From Mobula hypostoma (Eukaryota), in assembly GCF_963921235.1 (NCBI RefSeq), contig NC_086097.1, forward strand, positions 185,568,001-185,632,000: DNA of 64,000 nt. The letters run 5' to 3'. How positions within the stretch are numbered: the stretch's first letter is position 1; every line of letters starts with the position of its first letter. Shown here in pieces: positions 50,561-63,534 of this stretch. Below the pieces are notes generated by a model. It ran no database searches, was not told the DNA's origin, and saw only the letters and a list, made by a program, of their open reading frames with translations. The position numbers were made by a program, and so were the translations under genes.

Positions 50561-51241
50561 AAACATCTACAGATATCAAGTTAACAGAAATTTTAGGGCA
50601 TTTACATTGATTTAATTCCAAACTGTAAGCTCAAAGGCCATGTTACCAAATGAAACTGGTGCAATAAATGCTTTATGGCTTAAAACAAAGTAGGTGTGCT
50701 ACAAAAAAAAGCAGCCATGCCCTCGGATGAAGGTAAAAACAAAGTATATTTAACAATCTATATTTCACCTTAAGTAACCTTAAAAATGACTCGGCTGGTG
50801 ACCAACATTAATTATTTTAATCAAAAATAGTTTGTTCTTCACAATTATCCTCTATCATCAACTCTCTAAATGTGAAAGTTTAACGATCGGCTTTTTTTCT
50901 GATTACACTGAAGTCGTTACAATGTTCCTCCAATTGTTCAGCAGGCTTCCATGGTAACATTCCAGTTTTAAAACTGCTTGAGGTCAGCACTGTTTAGCCC
51001 GCATCCAAAGTGATAGATATAAATGCAATTATTGCCAATTTTTTTTGGGATTTGCAAAAGTGATAGACTGGTGAAATGACAGGAACATTTTTTACATCTC
51101 TTTCTAGCATCAGATGACAGTTTATTAAAGCCAAACTGAGACATACTTGAAATACCTCAATACTTCATCCCTTTTAATAGTTTTATTTGAAAAGGGGCGA
51201 TTTTTTTTCTTTAAGGTCTAAACACAATGCCAGTTACTCAC

Positions 51242-51390
51242 CATATTAGACTTATCAAGTGAGAATTGCTTTAGTTCCTCTTCATGCCTTAGTTCCAGCT
51301 CGGCCTCAATTTTTGCTACTTCTTCTACCAGTTGTTTTCTTCTTCTCTTGTCATTTTTAGCGATGGCGTTTTTCATTCCCTGTATTTTAG
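51242..51390 (-). CDS. OTUD6B: OTUD6B exon 2 (149 bp)
   Basis: (A)KIQGMKNAIAKNDKRRRKQLVEEVAKIEAELELRHEEELKQFSLDKSNM; CAG / GTGAGT. Confidence 0.95.
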
Positions 51391-52629
51391 CTGCAATTCA
51401 AAATGAAGACATAATAATATTTAGCATTTTAACATGCAAAGCCTTTTAAAATATCTACATACAGTGAATAATACATTGGAGGACGTGCCTACAAGGAGGT
51501 AAATTTAGTTGACTATTCAGCTGATAAAACATTAGACTAAGTTCAAACCCTGAGAGTTGTTCAGTAATATCCTTAAGTAACATAACTTTCCAGACTATGT
51601 CAGGTAAGTCAGCAAAAGTAGTATAGTACCACAAGCAGAAATAATTATAATTACTTACTGAAGCATTATTCAGGATTTATCCAAATTTATAAGAAATGCA
51701 ATCCTAATTGAAAGACAGGACATACAAATTTATTCCAATCTTTGAATAATTTTACTCTTGGCCGTTATGCTTATCATCCTAATAAGCTACTTTATCTCTG
51801 GATAAATCTGCATCTAAATCCTTAAAGTTATAAAGTACATTTTTTTTTAAATGAAACTGTTACAATATTCTTGCTTTATTCACAGCAATATTGCTTTTAA
51901 AATAAAATCCATTACATCAATTTTTTTCATTGTTCAGTAAGGGTTCTGATTTACTTTCTCACTGGAAATAAAGTGATTTATACAAAACAGTACATATTAA
52001 TTTTTTTAAATTTCCATTTTAGATCAAACAGCAATCAAAACAAAGGCTCAATATGGTTTTGGGGGAACAATATATAATCTACCAGTTATTTGTACTTTCT
52101 TGCCTTCCTACTTTCTATTTCACCAAAAGGACATTTCCCACTGAAAATTGTAGCACATGTAAAGAACCAAGATGTTTTCAATAGACTTGGGTACATCTCC
52201 AACCCTGAATGAAACATCCTCTCAACATGTAACTGCGGACTTATCACGTTTTTATGCCAACAGTGGAGAAAACGGAAACCTCATTGAAATTATAACATCT
52301 TTTCAAGCACAATAAACGTATTAGCAGCACTAATACTGTGCCTAATTTAAATTTAGGATTACTTGAAATGAAGTAGCTGAATGCACTAATATAATTTATA
52401 ATTCGTTGAATTACTACTTTCTAGTGCAAGGAGTAGTGCAAGCTGGCAGGATGGGAAGAGGTGTTGGGAGAGGAGCTGGCGGTAGTGAGGGGTGGGATGG
52501 GGGGCAGGGGAAGACAGCTTCCAGTGCGAGGGTGGGGTGGGGGAAGAGGAGCTATTGGGAGGGTGGGAAGAAGACCTTTTGGGATCGTTGGGGAGGGGGG
52601 TAAGTGGAGCCAGTGGGAGAGGAGAGTGG

Positions 52630-52788
52630 GTCATTTTTAGCGACGGCATTTTTCATTCCCTGTATTTTAGCTGCAATTCACTCTACGAAGACATAATAAT
52701 ATTTAGCATTTTAACATGCAAAGCCTTTTAAAATGCCTACATACAGTGAATAATACATTGGAGGACGTGCCTACAAGGAGGTAAATTT
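52630..52788 (-). repeat. ~158-bp duplicate of 51350-51506 (OTUD6B intron 1 3' end plus the first ~41 nt of exon 2)
   Basis: Near-identical by eye: gtcatttttagcga...tgtattttagctgcaattca...ggaggacgtgcctacaaggaggtaaattt. Confidence 0.93.
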
Positions 52789-53022
52789 GAGCCACAGGGG
52801 AGCCGGTGGTGGTGGGGTAAGAGGAGCCAGTCGGAAGGGGAAGAGAATCTGGCGGGAGGGAGAAGATCCATCGAGTTGGAATCAGAGTTCCAGTAGGAGG
52901 CCTTGCTCCCTGCAAGCTGGCAGCACGGTGCCCGCGACCTCGCTGCTGGAAAGCGCAGGCTCCGCAGAGCACACTGACCCTCGGCCCTCAGCCCTCGCCT
53001 TCCTCAGCTGGATTTCGCCTAC

Positions 53023-53092
53023 CCTGCAATTCCTTCTTTTCTTTGCGGTGTCTTTTTAAAAGCTTGTCCTCCTCCGTTTCTATTTCCTCCAT
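53023..53092 (-). CDS. OTUD6B: OTUD6B exon 1 (start codon; 70 bp coding). Whole CDS is 885 nt, a 294-aa OTU deubiquitinase
   Basis: gccATGG Kozak; MEEIETEEDKLLKRHRKEKKELQ; CAGG|GTAGG donor; GC-rich context. Confidence 0.93.
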
Positions 53093-53989
53093 GGCGTTAG
53101 CAGCACACTTCTCTGCGGCCTACGAACAGAGCGGCAGCACCACCTCTCACGTTTGCCCTTTCAACCCTGTCCCCAAAAAAATTAAAGCTGTACCACATGG
53201 TGTGATGTGCATCGCAAAATACTGCCCCTTGTCACTACGTGAAATGCAGGGCCACACACCAAATATAAAATATTAATTGAGTATTCTTAGGTAGTTAAAC
53301 CCAGATGCGATCAATTGAACAGTATTTTTATAATTGGAAGATTTATATTACTTCCAGCTGTACCATTTCTAGAGACCAACAGCTCGCTGACCTTACATTG
53401 ACAACTTGCAACTACAAGCAGTTAATTTTTTAAACGAAGGAACTTGTAGGCATTTATCGTATATTCCGATAAGCATAATTAACCTTTCATTCTGAGTTTA
53501 CATGAATGCGGGTAACTTAAAATATCACTGTAAATTTGGTTCAAGAATACCATTTATTACAGCGATATTTTTATAAAAGTAAGAAGTGGCCTCTATATTA
53601 AATATCTAGTTGTAGAGATATAGCCATTATACCTCATTGAATTGAAGTGTGCGGTAAAATATTAGGCCAGATTGTCTGAGGGAATGTTTGCCTGCCACTC
53701 ACTTTGCAGTCTTACTGTGCCCACCCTGGTTGTAATGTCATGCCACCCAAGAAAAAACAGCTGAGAAATATCGCCTGGGTTTCTACATTCAACAACTGAT
53801 GACTTAATTCAGGAAAAAAAATTTAAATATATGTTTTTTTTTAAATAACAGGCAACTTCTTCTGTCAATGTAATTGGTTTCTTGATTACCTCTGCCCAAG
53901 CTGAGCGGAATGTGGCATTGAGTAAGCAGAACATTTTGTCAATCCAACCACCTTCTGATCGAAATACGCATAACAAAATTTATTAGAGT

Positions 53990-54430
53990 AACAACAAATG
54001 AGAAAATCTGCAGGTGCTGGAAAGCCAAGCAACACACACAAAATGCTGGAGGAACTCTGCAGGCCAGGCAGCATTTATGGGGAAAAAAGTACAGTTGACG
54101 TTTCGGGCCATGGAAATGTTCGAGGAAAGAAAGTCATGGTAGCTGTGAGATTTCTGAATCGACAATGAACCCATGCACCTCACTATTTTTTGTTCTCTTT
54201 TCACACCACTAATTCAATTTAATTTGTAATTTATAGTTTTTTTATTAACAACATATTTCATGATATATGTCAGTGATATTAAAACCAGCATCTTGTGTAA
54301 ACAACACCTTATATTCCATCTGGGTAGCCTCCAACCTGATGGCATGAACATCGATTTCTCAGGCTTCAGGAAATGCCCACCCTCTTTCACCATTCCCATT
54401 TTGCTCTCTCACCTTATCTCCTTACCTGCT
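53990..54430. mobile_element. Penelope remnants: minus-strand terminus with a half hammerhead (54092-54109) and plus-strand GIY-YIG end (~54295-54430)
   Basis: aatgctggaggaactctgcaggccaggcagcat...cagttgacgtttcgggcc; QHLIFHLGSLQPDGMNIDF. Confidence 0.7.
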
Positions 54431-56189
54431 CATCACAATAAGACATAGGAGCAGAATTAGGCTATTCAGCCCATTGAGTCTGCTCCACCATTCCATCATG
54501 GCTGATCCCGGATCCCATTCAACCCCATACACCTACCTTCTTGCTATAACCTTTGATGCCCTGACCATTCAGGAAACTATCAACTTCCACTTTAAATATA
54601 CCCAAGGACTTGGCCTCCACTGCAGACTGTGGCAGAGTGTTCCACATATTCACTACTGTTTGGCTAAAAATAAAATCCTCCTAATCTCCGTTCTAAAAGT
54701 TTGCCCCTCAATTTTGAGGCTGTGCCCTCTAATTCTGGATACCCCACCATAGGAAACAACTTCTTCACATCTACGTTATCTAATCCTTTCAACAATCAGT
54801 AGGTTTCAATGAGATTCTCCCTTCCCCCCTTTAGTCTTCTAAATTCCAGTGAGTACTGGCCCAAAGCTACCAAGCGTTCTTCATATATTAATCCTTTCAT
54901 TCCCAGAATCAGCCTTATGAATCTCCTCTGGAATATCTCCAATGACAACACACCCTTTCTGAGTTATGGGGCCTAAAACTATTGACTCCAAGTGCAGCCT
55001 GTCTAGTGTCTTATAAAGGCTCAATATTATCTCCTTGCTTAGGGATAGTCAGCATGGCTTTGACAAGGGCAGGTTATGCCTTACGAACCTGATTGAATTC
55101 TTTGAGGATGTAACAAAACACATTCATGAAGGTAAAGCAATGGATGTTGTGTATATGGATTTCAGCAGGTATTTGAAAAGGTTCCCTGTGCAAGGCTCAT
55201 TCAGAAAGTAATGAGGCATGGGATCCAAGGAGACCTTGCTTTATGGATCCAGAATTAGCTTGACCACGGAAGGCAAAGGATGGTTGTGGATGGTTTGTAT
55301 TCTGCAAGAAGGACAGTGACCAGTGGTTTTCCACAGGGATCTGTTCTGGGACCCGTCCTTTTTGTGAATTTTATAAATGACCTGGATGAAGAAGTAGAAG
55401 GGTAGGTTAGTAAGTTTGCTAATGACACAAAAGTTGGGCGTGTTATGGATAGTCTGGAGGGTTGTCAGAGGTTACAGCGGGACATCGGTAGGATGGAGAA
55501 CTGGGATGAGAAGTGGCAAATGGAGTTCAACCCAGATAAGTGTGAAGTGGTTCATTTCAGTAAGTCAAATTTGAAGACAGAATATAATATTGTGATAAGA
55601 CTCTTGGCAGTGTGGAGGATCAGCGAGCTCTTGGGGTCCATGTCAATAGGGTAGTCAAAGCTGCTGCGCAGGTTGACAGTGTTAAGAAGGCATATGGTGT
55701 CTTGGCCTTCATCAACCGTGGGATTGAATTCAAGAGCCGTGAGGTAATGTTACAGCTATACAAGACCTTAGTTAGACCCCACTTGGAGTACTGTGTTCAG
55801 TTCTGATCACCTCATTACAGGAAGTATGTGGATACTATGGAGAGTGCAGAGGAGATTAATAAGGATGTTGCCTGGATTGGAGAGCATGCCTTATGAGAAC
55901 AGGTTGAGTGAACTTGGCCTTTCCACCTTGGAGCGACGGAGGATGAGAGGTGACTGATAGAGGTGTATAAGATGATGAGAGACATTGATCATGTGGATAA
56001 CAAAAGGCTTTTTCCCTAGGGCTAAAATGGCTAACACGAGGGCCATCAGGGTCAGGGACAGCTTCTATCACACTATTATAAGACTATTATACAGTCCCAT
56101 AGTATATTAAGATGAATTCTTGTCCTCAAAACCTCATCATGGCCCTGCACTTCTTGTCTGCCTGCACTGCACTTCCTCTGTAATTGTAA

Positions 56190-56586
56190 CCCACCTCCCC
56201 CCCGTACCACATCCGTGATTTATTTATATACACACATTCTTTTTCTCTCTCTCCTTTTTCTCCCTCTGTCCCCCTCACTATACCCCTTGCGCATCCTCTG
56301 GGTTTTCCCCGCCTCCCCCTTTTCATTCTCCCTAGGTATCCTGTTCCATGATCCTCTCATATCCCTTTTGCCAATCAACTGTCCAGCTCTTAGCTCCATC
56401 CCTCCCCCTCCTGTCTTCTCCTATCATTTTGGATCTCCCCCTCCCACTCCCCACTTTCAAATCTCTTACTAGCTCTTCTTTCAGTTAGTCCTGATGAAGG
56501 GTTTCGGCCCGAAACGTCGACTGTACCTCTTCCTAGAGATGCTGCCTGGCCTGCTGCGTTCACCAGCAACTTTGATGTGTGTTGCG
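56190..56586 (+). mobile_element. Penelope pseudo-LTR / 3' UTR fragment
   Basis: Matches ~16910-17300. Confidence 0.85.
56486..56523 (+). ncRNA. Minimal hammerhead ribozyme, best-formed copy
   Basis: UAGUC-CUGAUGA-A-GGGU(UUCG)GCCC-GAAAC-GUC^GACUG; predicted cut after 56518. Confidence 0.8.
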
Positions 56587-58339
56587 GGGCACAATTCTAA
56601 GGTGCTTGAAAGCAGGTACAAGGGGATGTCAGAGGTTTTTCACACAGGAAGTGGTGGGTGTGTGAAATGTACTGCCAGCGAAGGTGGTAGAGGCGGATAC
56701 AATAGGGTATTTTAAGGGACAATTAAATAGGTGCATGGAGCTTAGAAAAATAGAGGGCTATGCAGTAGGAAAATTCTAGGCAGCTTCTAGTGTTGGTTAA
56801 ATGGTCATACAGCATTGTGGGCCGAAGGGCCAGTAATGTGCTGTAGATTTATATGTTTCCTTGCTAATATATTCTATTCCCCTTGAAAGAAATGACAAAA
56901 TTGCATTTGCCTTCTTTACCACAGACTTGAAATTAACCTTCTGAGAGTCTTGCATAACGACTCCTAAGTCCCTCTGCATCTCGGACGTTTGAGTCTCCTC
57001 CCTATTTCACTAATAGTCCATACTATTGTTCCTTTTAACAAAATGCCCTGAGTCGTGGCTAAAAGAAGGCCATAGCTGGGAGCTTAACATCAAAAGATAT
57101 ACTTTGAATTATGGATCTGCTCAAAGCTGTGTTATCCCTAATCAGTCCCTGTCTATCCAAATACTTACATATCTGGTCCCTTCAAGTACCTTCCAATAAC
57201 TTTCCCACTACCGATGTCAGTTTCAGCGGCCTATAATTTCCTGGCTTGTTCTCAGAGCATTTCTTAAACAACGGAACAACATTAACTATCCTCCAAACCT
57301 CCAGCACCTCACATCCATAGCTATGGATGTTTTAAATGTCACTGCAAGGGCTCCCGCAATTTCTGCACTTGCCTCCCACAGGGGTCCAAGGGAAACACAT
57401 TGTCAGGCCCTGTGGAATTATCTGTCCCAATTTCTCTTAGGACAGTAAATACCTCCTCCACTGTCATCTGTATAGGGTCCATAATTTTGCTGCTGCATTG
57501 TCTCACAAGACTCTGTATCCGTCTCCCGAGTAAATACAGATTCAAAAAATCCATTCAAGATCTCCATCTCTTTCAGCTCCATGCATAGATTACCATTCTG
57601 ATCTTTCAGAGGAGCAATTTTGTCCCTTACTATCATTTTGCTATTAATATATCTGTAGAAGCCCTCAGAATTTTCTTTCATTTTGTTTGCTAGAGCAACC
57701 TCATCTGAGCTTCAGATAAGTGCCTTCATTCATGTGCTGAAGCCGTTATCCAGACTTACATCCACAGAGACGCATGTTACTAACCAAAATCCCAACTCTT
57801 GTGTCAACTAGTAGTTTATAGTGTTGCTTAGAGAAGCATCAAATTCTACATTGGCTCAGAAGGTTGGTGTTTCATCAGCAAACACAATGAGATAACCAGA
57901 AAGAAATCAGAAAGCAGTGGATAAATGGACGTCTGACACCCCGTACAAACATGTGCTTTGAAGTTCAGTTCCATAACACTTGCCCACGTTACAATTTTAT
58001 GCAATGGCAATTGATCTTTCCAGAGTGAAATACTGTTACAACTATTTCTACGTTATCTCACACCACTTGGAAATTTGAACAGGCACTTCACGATGTGTGT
58101 CATCCAAGCATCAAGATCCTGATTTTACATCACAAATCTGTGTGATGACATCAATCCCTGTTTGAGTAATCACAGAGAGACATGTAACAAGTTATTCTTG
58201 GAATGACTGACATTGATCGCTCCTGTGAAAATGTGGTCTTCTTAGTTCACAGCTAGACTAGGATATCTGCCAAGTCAGTGAGTTATGCCTACAACCCTCA
58301 ACATGCTCCCCAACACACAACTGCTAGAGTATCAGGTAC

Positions 58340-60230
58340 CGACCTGCGACCCACCAGCTATCCCTCCTTACTCTATTCTCCACAACCCCTTCTCACCCCT
58401 CCTTCACCCTCTCCTCCTCCTCAAACCTTCCCCCACCCCACCCCTCCTCTCCATTGCCCATCCCTCCACTCCCTCCTCCATCACTCCCTATCCCCTCATC
58501 ACATCCCCACCTCATCCATCCCCACTCCACCCCCTCCTCTCACCCAACTCACCTCATTCCTCCATTCCATTCTCTTCCCCACCTCCCCAGTCCCACCATT
58601 CCTTTCTCCTCTCCCAACCCCTTCCCACCCCATTCTCTACACACCCTCCTCTTCCACCCCCACCCGCTAACCACTCCTCTCTACGCCCATCCCTCCTCCC
58701 CTCCCTCTTCCCACCTGTCCTCCCTCTCCCCACCCTCCCCTATTCTATCACTAGCCCCTCCACTATGTTCCCCAACACATCCTCACACTCTCCTCCCTGT
58801 CCCTCTCCTCCTTCATCCTCCCTCACAAATTCCTGCTCCCCCTCCAAATCTGCATTATTCCACTCTCCCTTCCACCCTCCCTCACCCTAAAACCATCCCC
58901 CCTCCTCGACCACTCCATCTGTTCCCTCCTCCTCCCCCCCTTCAACTTTCACCACCCACCGTGCCCACATCCCCACTTTCTCCTTTCCTCCTTCGTCTCA
59001 CCACATCCCTCGCGCCCTCCCCTCTCACTTCTCCATTTCATCCTCTCCTCTCCACTCCTACTCCTCTGCCCCATCTCCCTCTCCCCCCTCGCCATCTCCT
59101 CTCACCCCACTCCCCTGCCTCCCCTTTCCACACTCCTCTGGCCTCTCTCCCTCTCTACACTCTCTCCACTCCTGTTGCCTTTCTCTTTCCCCCATCTCCC
59201 CACTCCTCACCTCCACAATCTCCTCAGTCCCTCTCACCACTCCTCACCCCCACACACCCCTCTCATCCACAGCCCTTTCCTCTCCCTGCTCCTCACCCCC
59301 TCTCCTCACCCCACATCCCCTCTTTGCAGTCCTCGCTCCCTCTAAACCACAGCCTCTCACCCTCTCTGCCCCTCTTCTTGCCCCACACCCCTCAGCCCCT
59401 CCACCTTCTCAACCACAGACACCCTCCTCGCCCACTCTCCTGCCTCAGCTCTTCTCCCCATTCCTCGGTCCTCGTACCCACTCAGCCCCTCTTCCCTCTC
59501 CCCACTCCTTGCTCCTCATTCAGCTCGCCTCTCCAACCCTTCAGCCCCTCTCCTTGTCCCTTTGTACCCACGTCCCTTCCCTCACCCCCTCTCACCCACA
59601 GACTCTCTCCTTGCCTCCTCTCCCCAGCCCTTCTCTCTACTCCTCACCCCTCAACCTCTTTGCTCCTCTTCCTTCTCCTTGCCCTCTCACCCATTCAGCC
59701 CCTTTCCACACCCTTCCCACCCATTCAATGCCAATCCTCACCCCACTCACCCTTTCAACCCCTCTCCTCGCCCCCTCATAACCTTTCTCTGCCCCCTCAC
59801 CCCTCTCCCCGGTCCCTCTCCACTCCTAGCCCCTCCTCCTCACCCCTCTCCCCACTCCTTGCCGATCTCCCCTCTCCTCACCCCCTTTCCACGCCCCTCT
59901 CCTGACGCCTCCTCAGCCGCCCTTCCCACTCCTCGCCCGCTATCCTCACTCCTTGCTCCTCTCCTCGCCCCTTACAACCTTTCTCTGCCTCTCCCCCTCG
60001 TCCCCTTTCTTTTCTTCCTTGTCCCCCTTCCCCACTCGTCCCCTCTCCTTGCCCCCTATTATTCAGCTACTCCTCGCCTCCTCCCCCTCTTGCTTTCCCT
60101 TATCCCTCTTACCCTCCTCTGTCCCCACCCCTCTCTCCATCTCCTCTATACTTCCTCTCTTCTCAGCCCCTAATCTTTTCTCCTCCCCCGCCCCATGACC
60201 CTAAACCCCTCTCTCTCCCTCTCGCAGTCT
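58340..60230. repeat. ~1.9-kb C/T-rich low-complexity (polypyrimidine/polypurine) tract
   Basis: Almost no G on the plus strand; ends ~150 bp before the PIP4P2 ATG. Confidence 0.92.
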
Positions 60231-60385
60231 TGCTCTATGGGAAAACAAAATTTTCGGAATCAGATGTTGTGTTCACCTTGTGACTGACTTAAGCTCCTCC
60301 CCGCCAGCAGCGTGCGGCTCTCCTTTCCTCTCTTCTCGTTCAGTCGCCGTTTCTATTCTTTGCTGTGCGGCTGTGAGCGGTAATT

Positions 60386-60494
60386 ATGGCTGATACTGAT
60401 GCGGTGGATGAACGGTCTCCACTGTTATCAGCAAATAACTCTGGTATTGTCACTCCTACAACGCCTTTGTACGTCGAGGAGCCTAGTCCTCGTG
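60386..60494 (+). CDS. PIP4P2: Type 2 PI(4,5)P2 4-phosphatase (TMEM55A), coding exon 1
   Basis: MADTDAVDERSPLLSANNSGIVTPTTPLYVEEPSPR resembles the PIP4P2 N-terminus as I recall it (MAADGVDERSPLLS...SSPR); G|GTGAGT donor; divergent from OTUD6B as in mammals. Confidence 0.88.
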
Positions 60495-63400
60495 GTGAGT
60501 GCATGCTGCTTTATTAAAGGAATCACTGAACAAAACTGCAGTTACATTTCCTTTGGTAAAAACAGCCCTTCATATTGAAAGCTTATTATGGGGAGAGAGC
60601 TTTCAGATCTCTGCAGGCTGACTGCCGTTTTGCCTGCATTCCCACAATTTGCAACTGTGTTTCTGGTATTAGGCAAAGCAAAAGCATTAATTTTCATTGG
60701 GGTTGGGAGGGGTCGACATCCAGCAAAAACTGCCGATTAATGATGCAGAGGGTAAACCCCTAGTCTGGAATGTTGCGCACAGAGCTCGTTGCAGATGGAG
60801 CCAGAGTATTTACAGGGACGTTGTCAGAAGTATAATGCAAGTCAGCAATCTCCATGGCGAATATGTAAGGTTTACGTGCTAAAGGATGCGGCAAAATATT
60901 TCAGCAGAGCTTGTTTTTTTGGGGGGATTAAGTTCAGGGTATGATCAGTAATAAAATCTGACATTACAAGATGTTGGCGACGTTTGCATTACGTACGCAA
61001 AAGATCTGTTGTTGAGGGTCACGAAATGAAATCCATTTCCATCCTGCTGGTGTTATAGTATAAACGCGCGAGACTATGCGAAATAGACGGAACAGGTTGA
61101 GTGAATTAAAGGATGTGATTTGTTGAGTAATTGCTAATGTATTGAAGGCCAATTCTTGATTTTTCAAAAGCTTCCCATTAATAAAATCGTACTGTCCGAT
61201 TGAGAAATTGGCCCTAATATGTGTACTTGGGTCAACTTTAAGAGGACAAAAACTGACGCAAACCTTGTCTTGAGTTTTAAGTGGTCAAGGGCTGGTGAAA
61301 AGCTTATCTGAGTGTCAACTTGTACTCGCATAATATCCATTAACGTACAGAAAAAAATCAGGAAGTGTCTCACGATGTAGACTAGGATAAAAATAGTAGG
61401 AGAAAGAAGAGACTGGGACATGCAGATGGAGAGGCCTGAGAGACCAGAAGGTGGTAACCTGATATGCACTTACATAAAATCTTACAGCCCAGCTGTATAT
61501 TGTGAGTGAGGTCTTAGAAATAAGAAGTACCAGGTTAGAGGGTTATATGTTCTAGAAATTACAAAGAATGGGGAAGAGAACCCAGCATGCATGCAAAAAA
61601 GACAGACCAGGCCCCTTTTCTATCCGGTGGGTTTGCAAGTGAAGTAGGCATGATTACAGATAGTTCTAAAGAGATTATCCTCAGAACTCGTCCATGGGCC
61701 ATTGCTACAATCCCTGCAAACAGAGGAGTGGTTCAGGGTGACTGCTGAACAGTGCTTTCTCTGACAGAAGAATCTTGCAATAGATTATATGGTATTTGCA
61801 TTTCTGTTTGTGCAGCTCCTGTAAAAAGTATTCCTCGATTTCACCAAGGTAGCATTGACGGTATCTGCAAACATTATCCAGGTCTTGTGTTCTGTTATTA
61901 GGATATTCTTTTGTTCAGCATAATAATTCAGGTCTTGTAGGCACCTGTGCAATTGGGTCGTCTGTTACAATTGCCCTTCACAGTTGGAACCTCGCAATGA
62001 GTCATTTGCTGAATTAAGTTATAGTTGTCTCTGTTTGCAAGTACTGGCATTCCAGTGCTGCTGAGTATGCTTTGGTATGAGCTCAGTTCTTGACACCTTT
62101 CTTGTCCAATCTTGTCAGAAAAACAACTTCCATTCAGGGAAAATATATTGTGTTTGGGAAAATAAAGATATGTGGAAACTAAAATCTGTTTGGGGGAACC
62201 ATTTTAAAATATAAGGGTTAGAAATTTGAGAATGTATCTTTTTCCTAGCATTTTCAACTTTCCCTTTTTCAGTGTCTCACAAGTCAATTACTCTATTTGG
62301 ATGATCAGTTATTAGAAATGGGACAAACTCTGCATAATTATTTGAAATGTATGTTCTGGGTCAAAGCACAATTGCCTGAATGTTATGTCCTCTCAACTTG
62401 TTTGCTGAGGGAAATAGATACTTCCTATTCGTCCAAGTAGAATCCTTGAAATGTTATCCACTGCCATTAAGTCCTGTTCTGTTTAAAGAACAGAGACTAG
62501 TATTTCAGCTATGACATAACAAATGTTTTAAATAGTTCATGTATTACTTTCCTTCTCATGTTTTGAACTATAGCTAAATTAAATGGTATCCCATCTACCA
62601 CCTTGTTTGTCTGCTGCCCTCAGTGATTAGAGGATTTACGATGTGTGGTCTACTTCTTAGTATACTATAATTTATTGTATTTATTTGACTTACCGATGTG
62701 AATTGCCCAGTACTACTTCATGGAGAATTCTTAACATAGGGGTGGGGATTGGGGTGGTGGAGAGGAGGAATAGGGATCCCTGAAAACTACTTGTATTAAA
62801 ACTTTCCATAAAATGAAGTCCATCATCTGCACTTCAAGAAATAAGAGGTGGAAAAAAAATTACATTTTTACACACATTTCACATGAATTTTATTTGTATC
62901 TCAATTTTTTGAGGAGTGATTTGTGAATTCTCTAAGGATGAATTTCGACACCATAAGTGGCTGTAATGCAGGGTCTTCTGTGGGACTTTGACAGATGGCT
63001 CTATGCAGGTGTTAAACTTTTAACCTCAATGTCCTGATTATTTTCTTAAAGTCATAATTTCATGTTAGTTAAACATAATGTTCATTTAAAATGTCATTGA
63101 TGACCATCTTTCATAAAACAGTGCCTTTCCAAATGATTCTTCAGAATTTTCCATCGATGTGCCCATTAGCACTTGAATTAGGCTGACTGGTCAGTGATAG
63201 GGTCCATTCCTTTTTTAAATGATATCAAATTAACAACTTTACAGTTCTCTCAGACTAGGTCTGCATCCAAGGATGATTGGAAAATAAGAATACAAAACAT
63301 TAGAAGCAGGTGAAGGAAAGAAACATATGGCCCTTTGAGTATACTCTACTTTTAAATAAGGCCATGGACCAACTGGCCGTGAATTCAGCTTTGCTTTCCC

Positions 63401-63534
63401 TCTTGTTCTATTATTTTTCAACAGACCATGTCTCATTTTCCTAAGCTCTAGTATGTGTGGGCTCAACCTGTTTAACCTCTCCTTCCCAAAAATGTTACCT
63501 GCAGTGCAAGTATAAATTTGCTATTCTGCAGCTG

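Larger units (their letters stand above)
54440..57700. mobile_element. Cluster of CR1 fragments (minus ~54440-55040, plus ~55040-56040 and ~56590-56850, minus ~56860-57700) with a short Rex-like tail
   Basis: WQMEFNPDKC, LVRPHLEYCVQF, GFYRYINSK motifs. Boundaries approximate. Confidence 0.7.

Noticed and set aside
58278..60198. Long Pro/Ser/Leu/His-rich ORFs (up to 483 aa)
   Set aside because: Open in several frames because the C/T-rich tract lacks stop codons; no domain or splice evidence.
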